Below, piece after piece: positions 44,482-56,493 of a stretch of DNA of 64,000 nt. This DNA comes from Azolla caroliniana. Lineage: Eukaryota > Plantae > Polypodiophyta. Below the pieces are notes generated by a model. It saw only the letters and a program-made list of their open reading frames with translations, was not told where the DNA came from and searched no databases. The stretch is taken from NCBI GenBank assembly GCA_043228905.1, contig JBHGNT010000001.1, positions 11,780,001 to 11,844,000 on the forward strand, in the 5' to 3' direction. The number at the start of each line of letters is the position of its first letter. Within the stretch, counting starts at the first letter, position 1. The position numbers were made by a program, and so were the translations under genes.

Positions 44482-47400
44482 TTACTCTTCGCCTACCGGC
44501 CCTTCCTCGGCCTCGGATCGGTCGTCGCTGCTGTCCAGGAGAATCGGGTCGGGTTCGTCGTCGTGCCGCTTCTTGAAAGCTTTGATCCTCTTCCCGGCCA
44601 CGGGTATCGCTATTCTCGTACCGTCGAGCTCCGCCAGATGATACGTCCCGTTGTCGTTGGCGCTCTGTACCGTGTACGGCCCGAACCATCTCCGTGCGAA
44701 CTTCCTTGTTGCCCGGTGCTGGTTGTCGAGGCTGCTGTCGTAGACGAGCACCCAGTCACCTTCGTCGATTTTCTTCGGTCGTAGCCGGTGCGTTCGGTCG
44801 AACCGGGCTTTGTTCTTTGTCCTCGCCACCCGGAGCTTCTCCGTAGCCAGTGCCACGTCCTCCGGTCTCCGCTCGAGCTGTCGTATACGTGCGGCTAACA
44901 ACTCCTCCCGGCTCATCTCGTCCCTCCAGTCGACCGTTGCCCACGAGGAGATCGTCCGTTCAATCGGCATGATCGGCTTCTGGCCGAACATGAGCTCCGT
45001 CGGCATGTACCCGGTTACCGAACTGTGCGTGGTCCGGTCTGCCCACAAAGCATAAGGTAGCAGCTGCGGCCAGTTACCGACTCGGCCTCCGCATGCCCGA
45101 ATCAACGCCTTGACGATCGGTCCGTGTCCGCGCTCCACCTTTCCATTCGCCTCCGGATTGTACGCAGTGGTGAGCGAGAGCTTGACTCCAAGCCGGTCGA
45201 ACAGCTCCGCGGCCTCTTCGGCGTCCAACTCCCCTCGGTCAGCCACGATCTTCCCGACGCACCCGTACCGGCATATCACGTCCTCGACTAGGAACCGACA
45301 CACGGCCGCGGTCGTCTTGTTCTGAAGGGCCCGGCCTTCCACCTGGTTCGTCAGGTCTTCCCGCGCTAGGACCAGATACCGCATCTGTCCTACCCCCATC
45401 GGCATCGTCACCAGATCTACCATCCATTTGAAGTGGATAGTCGGAGGGTACGTAGGGTGAAGCCCGTCCCGGTGTCGGACTATCGAGTGCATCTGACAAC
45501 TCTCGCAAGTTGACACGAACCGATGCACGTCCCGGTACAATCCCGGCCACCAGTACTTCCCCTTCAGCTTCTCGAACGTCGCCCACGTTCCACGGTGTCC
45601 AGCCCAAGGGCTGTCGTGGTAGGCCGCCAGTAGCTCCTCCTGTACTTCCTTCATCGCCACCACCCGGAGCGGGACGCCGTCCCTCTTCTTCGGGTGCTTC
45701 CATAGATGCCCATCTCGGAGAAAGAATCGATATGCTTTCTTCCGGATCCGGTTGGCCTCGTCCTTCGTCCATGACGCATCGGGCGTCATTGTCTTCAAAA
45801 ACCCGCCGATCTGCAGCCACTCCCCGTCGTACTTGCTCGCGTCGAACTCGTTAAGCGCCGGAGTGCTCATCCCGTCGGTCGTTATGTATGCCGCCTCGAA
45901 GAAATCCACGCCGACTTCTTCGTCTTCCGAAACCATGCCGCCCTCGTCGTCGAACCTCGCCCTCGAAAGCATGTCGGCCATGGCGTTGTCTTTCCCGGAA
46001 AGGTGTCGTATTTCCGGGTCCAGGGACTTGATGTACGCTATCCACCTGAGCATCGCCAGGTCCGGAGTCGCGCATCCGGAAACCATTCCGAGAATCGGCA
46101 GGCAATCCGTCTCGATGATCACTTCTGTCCCTATCAGGTAGTCTTTGTCGGCCTTAACCGCCGAAACAATACCCCAGAGTTCGCGTTTAACCTGGGCGTA
46201 TCCTCGCTGCCGTTCACTGAGGACTTTCGCGCCGAATCGGATCGGAAACCGATTGCCGTCCTCGTCTTCCTGGTTCACGACCCATCCGATCCCGGTCGGA
46301 CTGGTATCCACCGTTATGAATACCGGGGTACCCTTCCCGTATACCGCCTTCCGGAGTGCCGGTGCCGCTGCAAGGGCCTCTTTCAGCTTCCGGACCGATT
46401 CCGCGTGCTCGTCTAGCCATTCGAACCTTCGCCCCTTTTTCAGCAACCCGTACAGTGGCTCCGCGACGTGTGCGTAATGCGGGATCCACATGTGGTAGAA
46501 CGCGCACGCCCCCAGGAATCTCCGTACTTCCGTGACCGAGCTGCAGTCGGGCTTCATCGCGGAGATGGCTTCTACCTTTGCCGGAGACGGTTTCCGGCCA
46601 TATGGTCCGCACAGGTGTCCGACCACCATGATTTCTGACTGCCCGAAGGCCGACTTCTCCCCGGAGAAGGTGAGTCTCGCTTCCTCTAGCCTTTGCAGCA
46701 CCTTCTCGCAGTCATCGATGTGCGTCGCCACGAATCGCCGGCATCCGTCCGGCCCGATCGTCTCGTCCTTTTCTTCCACCGGGCATCCCTTGATCGGGAT
46801 GTCGTCCAGAAACGGCATGGTGATGTCCGGGATACAGTCCCTCAGAACCTTGTTCATCGCATTCACCATGTGGGCCACCGAGTTGGTCCCTCCTTGCGGC
46901 AGTGTACACATCCGAACTAGGCCGAGGGGAGTTCGCATCGTCGTAATGTCTCTGCTCTCCACGGCTAGCTGGAACTGGTCGTACCCTGAGTATAGATCCC
47001 CGACCGAGTAAATTGACCTTCCGGCGAAGGCCTCCGCGAACTCGTCTATGGTCGGTTCGATCCCTGCGTTCCGAATGGTCACTCGATTGACCGGCTGCAG
47101 GTCCTGGATGAAGCGCAGCGAACCGTTTTTCTTCGGTACGGTAAACCATCGATTCGAATATGGGGCGCTCGACGGCTCGAGAATTCCCATATCAACTTTC
47201 TGCCTCAGCAGCTCCATCAACTTCGGGATGTGAGCTCTCGGAACCGGGATTGGCTTGAGGTTCCATGGTACATGCGGTACCGTGAATATCACCATCGGCT
47301 CCACGATCGTCGGGTCAACGCACCCGATTTCCTCCGGCGAGAATGCGAAGGCTTTCCCGTGCCTTCCGAGCATTCTCCGAAACCGGTCTTTCCTCCGCCG

Positions 47401-47974
47401 GCAGTAGGAACCCGCCCCCACCGATTTTGAGCTCTCGGAGCGTCTCGTCAGTGAAGGTGTGCCCTATGCAGGCCGGATCTCGTAGACTAGGGTCCGATGC
47501 AACCCCTTTGATTCTCGACGCGCTGTCCTCCGGTAAGGGTGCCGCTACTGGCCTTACCTTCCGGTCCACAGTCTTGTACTTGGTGTTTACGTGGGCCGTC
47601 CGAACTGACTCGAGCCCTCGACCGAAGTCCGCGATGACTTCGTACATCTCCTCGGAACACACCGGTATCGTCCGGTCTTCGTTAAGGCCTTTTTCGACTA
47701 CCTTTCCCAGCATTCCCAAGGTGTCGTCGAATGAGACCGCCTCCACGGCTCCGTTGATTTCCTCGTCCGGGCCGAGAACTCCGCACGCTCGAAGTCTCGC
47801 CTCCGTCTTTGTTTTCTCTCGGCCGGCGATGCCGACCATCGCACACGCTCCGCTGTCGGAGAACAAAAATTCCCTACCTATGGTACAAGGTTTCTTCGGT
47901 TTTATCGTACAGGTGTGGGGTTTTCCCGGGGTGTCCGGACTGTCGCGGCCCCACGCCTTGGCAGCCCTCTCTAA
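44482..47974 (-). CDS. Element B Pol (RT-RNase H-integrase), entered by a predicted -1 frameshift; 1-nt insertion near 47390
   Basis: The -1 frame is open from the slippery site into ORF 47866-47315, then continues as ORF 47421-44482. RT LPQGGTNS/PFLDD; RNase H VDTS...RELWG..ETDC..NAMADMLSR; integrase HHCC and DDE (WMVD, ADRG, NGKVER) plus GPY motif. No chromodomain seen. Confidence 0.9.
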
Positions 47975-50097
47975 AAATCCTCTCGGTTATCGGAACCGAG
48001 GGAGTCGCGGTTACGTTCGTGGTTCGGCCGTACCGTCAGAAACTGGACCGTATGGCGCCCGTCTTGGCTTTTGACCCTCGCGTAGGCCGAACCATTGTCC
48101 AACACCTTGGTCTCCATCCGCGCCGCCGTGATGTACGGCTCTCCCAGTATGACCGGATGCGAAGACGTCTCCTGCACGAAGAAGTGCTGGTCAATCTCGA
48201 CGTCGCCGATCTTGACTCGCACATTCGGACAGGCCCCGTGCAGTTCCTCGGTGGCGCGCGTTGCTGCCCTTATTTTCCACCCGTGCTTGGTGTTGATCGG
48301 CCATTTGCCCTTCTTATAGAAGTCCATGGACATCAAATTGATCTCCGATCCGTGGTCCACCAAAGCTATCACCGGTTCCTGGACATCGCCGATCTTCACC
48401 GGGGTTTCCGTGGTCGCTCGGGCCCAGTGCGGTCTCGAATAGTGGCTTTCCGCCCACTCGCCTCCCAGCGCCATGTCGTCTAGGTGCGTCGTCCGCACTT
48501 CCACCGGTCTTTCCGGTTCTGTCTCCGTTGACAGCCTCTTCCGTTTCACCAAGTCCACGATGGAGTCGTGGAACTCCTTCTTGGCGATTCCCAGCACCTC
48601 CCGTAGCGACAGCTCCACCTTGCTGTCGAGGATCCGTTCCTCCAGGACCTTTCGTAAGTCCGTGGTTCTTTCTATCTCCGTCCCCAGACGGTACCCGCCC
48701 TTCTGGGGTTTATCTTGCGTACCGGCCCCGCCGGCTTCGTCCCGTCGTGGCCCGGACCGGGTCTCGTATCGTTGTGAGGGCCCGGTCGTCCCGGGTTTCC
48801 CCACCCGCTTCTCTTCTACCAGAGCCTCGTAGTTCCGGCAAGCGGCTTCCACGAAGCCCGTCCTTTCCTCGACCGGGTCGCTCCACCCGGTCATCTCCCG
48901 TACCCGTTTCTCCGCACGGTCCGATTCCTCCCCTTTTAGCCCTGCACCGGCAAGGCCTTCCAGCATCGTCGGCCAGAATCCGGCTTTGCTTTCCTTTCGG
49001 GCCTCGCCGCCCCCGACTCGAATACCGGCCGACGCCGAGTAGTGGACGGTTTCCGCATGTCGGGCCGCCGCCTCTTCCATCAACCTCTTCATTCCGCCTC
49101 GCCCGTCGTTTCGGTTTAGGGCCCTTCTCGTGTCGTTGGCGTGAACCCGGCCTTCCCATAGGTACACCACCCGGTTCCTCAGCGCCTCTGCGAAATCGCC
49201 GCAGTCTTTCCGGATGTGGCCGACCCCGTCGCACCACATGCACCTGTTCCCTGCCGCCGGCCGTCGGTCACGAGCAGGTTCTCCGCCTTCTCTGCGGGCT
49301 TGTGCGATTTGGAGGTCTTTTATCGCCCTCGTCAGTTCCTCCAACGCAGCTCCTCCAGTCGAGCCTCTGATCACGCCGATCGGAGCTGAACCGGATTCCA
49401 GCCACTCCCGAGTCTCTTCCCTTCGCACCGGCTGCGCCGGCTCGAGTTTCCTCGCCGCGACTGAGCCCGACCCGGCTGCTCTGTCATCCTCCCACTCTCG
49501 CCGTTTGTCGAAACGGCCGCAGGCTCTCTTGACCGCCGCCCAGTCGGCTGTCAGCCCGTCTTCGGTTTCTAGCAGGGCGCCCACGTGACTCCGATCCCTC
49601 TCGTCAACCGATTTGACGAACAGCAGGACCCGGCTTGTATCCAGGACCATCCTGTCAAGCGCCGAAAGGCGCGCGAAGTTCTCCTCGAACTCCCGGAGGA
49701 GTGCCGACGCATTCCTTCCTTTCCCGGGAGACTCCACCCACTCCATGAAGCTTCGCTTCGAAAGCCGGAGCGCGTCGTCCAGTCCGTATTTTTCCAGGAG
49801 CCGACCTTCGAACTCCTCCCAGGTACGGCTCTCCGCCCGCACCTCGAGCACCTCCGCGTGGATGCTCGGCATCGCCACTCGGGGAAAACCGGCAAGGCGC
49901 CTGTCTTCCGGAATGTCCCGCATTAACATTTCCGCACCGTAGGACGCCAGGTACTTCGTGGCATCTTTTCCGGTGAATCGACCGATCGTTCCGACGACCG
50001 CCTCAATAGCTCTATCGAGGGCGCCGGTGCCCTCGCGCGCGCTTACTATCCGATCCACGGCCGAAGCCATGGCCTCTGCAAGATCCGCCCCTTTCAT
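47971..50097 (-). CDS. Element B Gag-protease ORF (708 aa)
   Basis: CMWCDGVGHIRKDC knuckle and aspartic protease motif ALVDHGSEINLM...VILGEPY. Ends G GAT TTT TAG. Confidence 0.93.
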   Translation of the reverse strand: MKGADLAEAMASAVDRIVSAREGTGALDRAIEAVVGTIGRFTGKDATKYLASYGAEMLMRDIPEDRRLAGFPRVAMPSIHAEVLEVRAESRTWEEFEGRLLEKYGLDDALRLSKRSFMEWVESPGKGRNASALLREFEENFARLSALDRMVLDTSRVLLFVKSVDERDRSHVGALLETEDGLTADWAAVKRACGRFDKRREWEDDRAAGSGSVAARKLEPAQPVRREETREWLESGSAPIGVIRGSTGGAALEELTRAIKDLQIAQARREGGEPARDRRPAAGNRCMWCDGVGHIRKDCGDFAEALRNRVVYLWEGRVHANDTRRALNRNDGRGGMKRLMEEAAARHAETVHYSASAGIRVGGGEARKESKAGFWPTMLEGLAGAGLKGEESDRAEKRVREMTGWSDPVEERTGFVEAACRNYEALVEEKRVGKPGTTGPSQRYETRSGPRRDEAGGAGTQDKPQKGGYRLGTEIERTTDLRKVLEERILDSKVELSLREVLGIAKKEFHDSIVDLVKRKRLSTETEPERPVEVRTTHLDDMALGGEWAESHYSRPHWARATTETPVKIGDVQEPVIALVDHGSEINLMSMDFYKKGKWPINTKHGWKIRAATRATEELHGACPNVRVKIGDVEIDQHFFVQETSSHPVILGEPYITAARMETKVLDNGSAYARVKSQDGRHTVQFLTVRPNHERNRDSLGSDNREDF

Positions 50098-53000
50098 TTC
50101 CTACTCTTCTGCCGCCTCTTTCACGTCGGGTTCACCAAGATGTCGGGGTTGCTACGCCCTTGCGTGTAGAAAGGAGGAGGGACCACGGGGGTCTTGAACC
50201 GAAGAGCAAGAGAGAGAGGAGTAAGAGAGAGAAGCTCCGAAATCGGTTCGGCAGCACTTCGTCCTCTCCGCGGGAGATACCCCACTTCTATTCTTCCTCT
50301 TCCTTTTATAGCCCGTCAAGAGGCCGTTTGGCATTAACTGCATACCAACCGAATCTACCCACCTAGGATCCTCGTATGTACCTACTTCGTCCTTAGGTAC
50401 TTCTTGGCGCGCGTGTGTGTGTAGAGCCGTTTCCCACGCCTTGTTCCTCCGATTCCTCTTGTGGGCGGTTTTCTTCACGACAACGTAAAACATCCTGTGT
50501 ACTTTTCTCTCTATTGTCTTCGTGCATTTTGTGTATTTCCTGTTTTCTGTGAGTTGATCCTATTCCTCGGTTGTGGCCGAGCGTGTTGTCTAACAATATC
50601 ACGAGCTACTTGGATGCCTATAAGGCCGAAATGCTTATGCGAAACGTTCCCAAAGATAGGCGGCTAACCGGATTTGCTAGAGTGGTAACGCCGAGTATCC
50701 ATGCAGAGGTACTCGAGATCCAAGCGGATTGTTGCAACTGGGTGGAGTTCGAAGAAAGACTCCTCGAGAAGTACGGCCTTGATGACTCACTCAGAATTTC
50801 GAAAAGGGATCTAATGGAGTGGGTTGAGCTTCTCGGCAAGGGGAGAAATACTATGGTACTTTTACAAGAATTTGAGAAGCGCTTCGCGCGACTCTTGGCT
50901 CTCGATAGGATGGTGCTTGACACAAGCAAGGTTCTACTATTCATAAAGACTGTTTATGCACGAGACCGAGAGAAGGTGGGGTCCCTCCTCGAAACTGATG
51001 ATGGGCTCACGACGGATTGGGCTATGGTAAAACGGGTTTGTAGCCGCTTCGATAAGAGAAGGGAATGGAACGACGGGTCTCCATTGAGCGGCCAAACATC
51101 CACAGACTCCATTAGTGAGACACATGAACCCAGGGGTGGTAAAATTCCTCAAGAAAGAGAGCAAGCAAATGCAAGGTTCGTCCCCGAGAGAAACGTGGTT
51201 GAAGCACCGCCAGGAGGGTCGGCAATAGATGAGCTCACAAAGATGGTGCGAGATCTCCAAATAGCGCAAGCTAGGAGAGAGAGTGGCGGCCCTCAAGATC
51301 AATGTCTCCCATTCGCGCAAAGATGTATGTGGTGCGACAACCCCGACCACCTATGAAGGGAGTGTGGAGACTTTCAAGAGGCCCTAAGAAAGGATATTGT
51401 CTATCTTTGGAACAATAGGGTCTATTCGACGGAGACAAGGCGCCCCTTGGGATTGAATCAAGGCCGAGGGGGCATGAGAAGGCTAATGGAGGAGGCCGAA
51501 GCACGACATGTTGAAGCCATCCACTACTCGGCGTCGGCTGGGATCCGAGTGGGGAAAGAGGTGAGGAGGCAAGAGGAGAAAGAGTTTGACTTTTGGCTGT
51601 CAATCCTTGGAAGCCTCTCTAAGGGGAAGTTCAAAAGAGAAGACGCGGATGAAGCGGAAAGAAGGGTCCAAGAAGCAATCAGGTGGAAGGATCCGGTGGA
51701 AGAAAAGACAGGCTTAGTGGAAGCCGCTTGCCAAAACTACAAAGTAATTGTAGAAGAGAAGAAGGTAGGAAATGACGAGGGAGCCGGTCCATCAAGGAAA
51801 TACGACGCTCGAGGTGCACGAAGAAGGGAAGAGCCGAACCAGTCTCAAGCATGCGACGAAAGATGGAAAGAGAAGGGGAACCCCCCCAACTTCAAGCTTT
51901 GCTCGGAGATCGAACAAGCAACGGACTTGAAGAAGGTAGTGGAGGAGAGGATCCTCGATAGTCGCGTAGAGTTTACTCTGCGAGAGGTCCTCGGAATTGC
52001 CAAGAAAGAATTCCACGAGGTCATCATCGACCTAATGAAGAGGAAGCGGCTCTCGACGGAGCAAGAAGTGGCAAAGCCCGCGATTGTAAGTGCATTGTCA
52101 ACTGAGGTTCCCGAGGAAGACGAAGACTATGCGGACAGTCACTACACGAGGCCGCATTGGGTGAGAGCGACAACGGAGACACCGGTACATGTCAGAGATG
52201 TAAAAGAGCAGGTTGTAACATTGATCGACCATGGCTCTGAGATCAACCTTATGTCCATGGACTTTTATAAAAAGGGAAAGTGGCCGATCAACACGAAGCA
52301 CGGGTGGAAGATTAGAACGGCGACCCGAGCAACCGAGGAGCTATACGGGGCTTGCCCGAATGTACGTGTGAAGGTGGGGGACGTAGAAATAGATCAACAT
52401 TTCTTTGTTCAAGAGACGTCCTCACACCTGGTCATCTTGGGTGAACCATACATGACGGCGGCTCGCATGGAGACAAAGGTGCTAGACAACGGGTCGGCAT
52501 ATGTGAGGGTCAAGAGCCAAGATGGGAAGCATTCAGTCCAATTCCTTACAGTGAGGCCCAACCATGAGCGCAATCGAGCCTCCCTCAAAGGGGATAGCCG
52601 AGAGAACTTTTGATTTAGGCTATTAAAGAGTGGGGCCGCAATAGCCCGAGGCAAACTAAGACCCACCCTAAACCATTGTAAAACTATTAAATGTAATAGG
52701 AAACAATTTTGGTTTTCCGAAAATGGAGCTTGTAAAATTACTAGTTTAAGAGATAGAGATAAGTCTAGGGCCAAGAGATACGAAAGGTATCTCAAACAAT
52801 GTAATTTATTGGGGGAAGATGACACCATAAGCGGTGCCATGGAGGCGGTCTCGTTCGACGACATTCTCAGAGAGATGGAGAGGGTAGTCATTTCGGACCT
52901 CAATGAAGACAAGGTAATTCCAGTCAACTCAGTTGACATGTACACCGCCATCGAAGAGCTTGGGCGGTTGATTGAGGAAGCGAGGACGGTCAAGGTGCAA

Positions 53001-55398
53001 ACAAAGTACAAGACCGTGGACAAGAAGGTGAAGCATGTGGCTGCCCCATTGCCTAACGATAGTTGGGATCGAATAAAGGGGGTAGCGGCTGATCCTAGCT
53101 TGCGGGACCCACGAGGCATAGGGCGCTGGTTCACCGACGAGACGTGACAGAAGCTCCGGATTGGTGGGGGTGGCTTCCTATTGCCTAGGGAGGAGGAAAG
53201 ATTTAGAAGGATGACCGAAAGCCACGGAAGGGCTTTCGCCTTCTCATTGGGTGAGATAGGGTGTGTAAACCCTAAGATCGTGGAGCCAATGGTGATCTTT
53301 ACGGTGCCGCATGTACCGTGGAACATCAAGCCAATCCCTGTTCCGAGAGCTCACATCTCGAAGTTGATTGAGCAACTCAAGGAAAATATCAAGATGGGTA
53401 TCCTTGAGCCATCAAGCGCCCCATACTTGAATTGGTGGTTCACTGTGCCAAAGAAGAACGGCACATTACGCTTCATCCAGGACCTACAACCTGTTAATCA
53501 AGTGACAATTCGAAATGCCGGGGTCGGACCCAGCGTTGACGAATTCGCCGAGGCCTTCGCTGGAAGGTCTATTTATTCGATCGGTGATCTATACTCGGGG
53601 TATGATCAATTCCTACTACCTGTGGAGAGTAGGGACATCACAACGATGCGGACCCCTATCGGCCTATTGCGAATGTGTACCTTGCCACAAGGAGGCACTA
53701 ACTTTGTAGCCCACATGGTAAATGCAATGAACAAGGTATTGAGAGATTGCATCCCCGAGATCACCATGTCGTTCCTCGATGACATCCCCATAAAAGGGTA
53801 CTCTGAAGCGGAGAAAGATGAAACCTTGGACGAGGATGGGTGCAGACGTTTTGTGGCATATCCCATCTCGGATTGCGAGAAGGTTTTACAAAGACTCGAA
53901 GATGCACGCTTGACCTTCTCGGGTGAGAAATCGGCATTTGGCCAACTAGAGATTCTTGTGGTGGGACACTTGTGTGGGGCGTACGGATAGAAGCCATCCC
54001 CGGCAAAGGTGGACGCCATCACAGACATGAGGGAAGAATGTAAATCGCAAACAAAGGTGAGGCGATTTCTTGGCGCCTGTGCATTCTACCACATCTGGAT
54101 CCCGCACTATGCTCACCTAGTCGAGCCCTTGTATGGGCTACTCAAGAAGGGGTGGAAGTTCAAGTGGGAGGAAGAGCACATAGAGGCTCAAAGGAATGTT
54201 GGTAGCAATACCAACTTTACGAAAAGCCGTATACAAGGAAGGGGTGCCCATCTACGTGATGGTAGATATGAGTCCAACAGGGATCAGATGGGTCATAAAC
54301 CAAGAAGGAGAGGATGGTACACGCTACGCCATCCGGTTCAGAGCCAAGGTCTTAAGCGAGCGACAACGAGGATACACCCAAGTAAAACGTGAGCTTTTGG
54401 GTATTGTGTCCGCAGTAAAGGTAGATAAAGATTACCTAATCGGGTTAGAGGTGGTAATAGAGACGAATTGCCTTCCAATCCTAGGGATGGTTTCGGGATG
54501 TGCAACACCTGACCTAGCTATGCTAAGGTGGATTGCTTACATCAAATCAATGAACCCAGAGATTCACCACATTTCAGGGAAGAACAATGCCATGGCAGAT
54601 ATGCTATTGAGGGCAAGATTCGAGGACGAAAGCGACATCGTTTCTGAAGATGAGGATGTCGCTCTTGACTTCTTTAAGACGGCCCAAGCGTCTATAGATG
54701 ATCGAGATGTGCGAGTACTCCACACCTTCAACGAAAGTGAATACGAAGGGGAGTGGCTACACATTGGCAAGTTCTTAAGCTCAATGACGGTGGATAGTTC
54801 ATGGTCGAAGCAGGAAGCACAGAGAGTTCGAAAGAAAGCGTACAAGTACTTCCTACGAGGGGGATTCCTCTGGAGGCACCCGAAGAGAAGGGCGGGGATG
54901 CCACAACGAGTTCGTCATAAAGGAAGAAGACCAGACAACATTGGTATCTGAATTCCACGAGAGTCCTTGGGTGGGCCATAGAGGAACGTGGGCAACATTT
55001 GAGAAGTTAAAGGAGAAGTATTGGTGGCCGGGAATGTACAAGGATGTCACCCATTTCGTGGGGACATGTGAAAGCTGCCAGATACACTCCAACATACGCC
55101 ATATGGACGAGTTGCACCCGACCTACCCACTCACCATACACTTCAAATGGATGGTGGATTTGGTTTCGATGCCGATGGGAGTGGGCCAAGTGAAATATTT
55201 GGTGCTAGCAAGAGAAGATGTAACAAACCAAGTAGAAGGGCGAGCCTTAGCAAACAAAACGACGGCGGGGGTGTGTAAATTCTTACTCGAGGATGTCATC
55301 TACCGGTATGTGTTGGAAGCGAGGTCGTGTCGATGCGGAAGATCAAGAAGCATTCAGTTCTGTTCTGAGTACCTGCGTATGAGAGATTGTAGGTCGTT

Positions 55399-55433
<35 letters not shown>

Positions 55434-55803
55434 AAGAGGCACAAAAGACACTCTATTTCATAAAGCAGTAATACAACAACCAACCTCACAAAGAGGTTAC
55501 AAGGTCACTATATATAGTGACCGACTTAGGGCAACTACCCTTTATGCTAATTACATAAATGGCCAAAACGGGATAGTGTGAATACGTCCATTATACACAT
55601 GTATTCGACACTCCCCCGTAATGGGCGTATACATGGGTTATCTAAGATTACAGGTATAGACTTAGGTTCTCGGACATATCAGCTTTGTTCGGGTCGGCAG
55701 GGTCCGAAGGCAGAAGACCGAACTGGTCGGGTCGGAACAGTTGAAGCCGATCATTAAGGAACTGATGTCGGTTGTCGGGAACCATCCTGCTCTGTGTCCG
55801 GCT

Positions 55804-56493
55804 CTAACCGGACTGGTTTGTCGTTACGCCCATCTGATGCCGAAGAGACCGAAAACGGTCTGCCGAAAGACACTTGGTCATTCCATCTGCGACATTGTCG
55901 GTTGTGGATATTTTCTCTAGACCGATTTTCCCTGAAATGACGCAGTCCCGAACGAAGTGATATCGAACGTCGATATGTTTGGAGGCGTTGTGGTGAACCG
56001 GATTTTTCGACAAGGCAACAGCACCTTGACTGTCGCTGTAGACAACTGGAGCCGAGTCATGGTCGACTTGTCGAAACGTGTGCGCCAGCCGACCGAGCCA
56101 CAAAGCTTCTTTTGCTGCGTCGGACGCAGCTACATATTCTGCTTCGGTCGTTGAGGTCGCTGTGCACTCCTGAAGTTTCGACTTCCACGAGATTGCTCCA
56201 TTGCCGAATTTGAAGCAGTATCCGGTTGTTGATTTCCGACTGTCTATACAGCCGGCGAAGTCCGAGTCGGTGTAACCGACTACGCCTGAGGTTCGGTTCG
56301 GACCAAAAAGAATGCCGTGGTCTTTTGTGCCAGCCAGATATCTGAACACATGCTTGACTGCGTTCCAATGCGATCGGCCAGGATTGTGCATAAATCTGCT
56401 GACGACTCCTACGGCGTGAGAAATATCAGGCCGTGTCGCGACCATCAGGTACATAAGGGAGCCGACTGCCGGTGCATACGGTACCGACTTCAT
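55804..56493 (-). CDS. Copia D RT C-terminus and RNase H fragment
   Basis: Motifs PYAPAVGSLMY..TRPDI, GYTDSDFAG, STTEAEY, KHIDVRYHFVR, NVADGMTK. Confidence 0.85.
   Translation of the reverse strand: MKSVPYAPAVGSLMYLMVATRPDISHAVGVVSRFMHNPGRSHWNAVKHVFRYLAGTKDHGILFGPNRTSGVVGYTDSDFAGCIDSRKSTTGYCFKFGNGAISWKSKLQECTATSTTEAEYVAASDAAKEALWLGRLAHTFRQVDHDSAPVVYSDSQGAVALSKNPVHHNASKHIDVRYHFVRDCVISGKIGLEKISTTDNVADGMTKCLSADRFRSLRHQMGVTTNQSG

Larger units (their letters stand above)
44068..50482 (-). mobile_element. Ty3/Gypsy element B (very young, related to A), inserted in the 3' LTR of C
   Basis: 342-bp LTRs at 44068-44409 and 50141-50482, identical by eye. 4-bp TSD ACGT at 44064-44067 and 50483-50486. 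tRNA-Trp PBS at 50120-50137. PPT at 44410-44421. Confidence 0.97.
38735..50595 (+). mobile_element. Ty1/Copia element C (Tnt1/Tto1-Tork-like), intact coding region, inserted in gag of A; its 3' LTR is split by element B
   Basis: 5' LTR 38735-39384; 3' LTR 43499-44067 plus 50487-50595. TSD ATATC at 38730-38734 and 50596-50600. PBS TGGTATCAGAGC at 39387-39398. PPT GAAGGGGGAG at ~43487-43496. Confidence 0.97.
38597..52613 (+). pseudogene. Element A gag-protease (38597-38734 plus 50601-52613), split by Copia C, with an internal stop at 51354-51356
   Basis: MRGGELVEV...GRFNGRDI|TSYLDAYKAEM joins across the ATATC TSD and is colinear with element B gag. CMWCDNPDHL knuckle; LIDHGSEINLM protease motif. 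Confidence 0.9.

Noticed and set aside
39460-50500. Many 60-280-aa antisense and alternate-frame ORFs in elements B and C
   Set aside because: These are expected shadows of GC-rich coding sequence and contain no recognisable domains.
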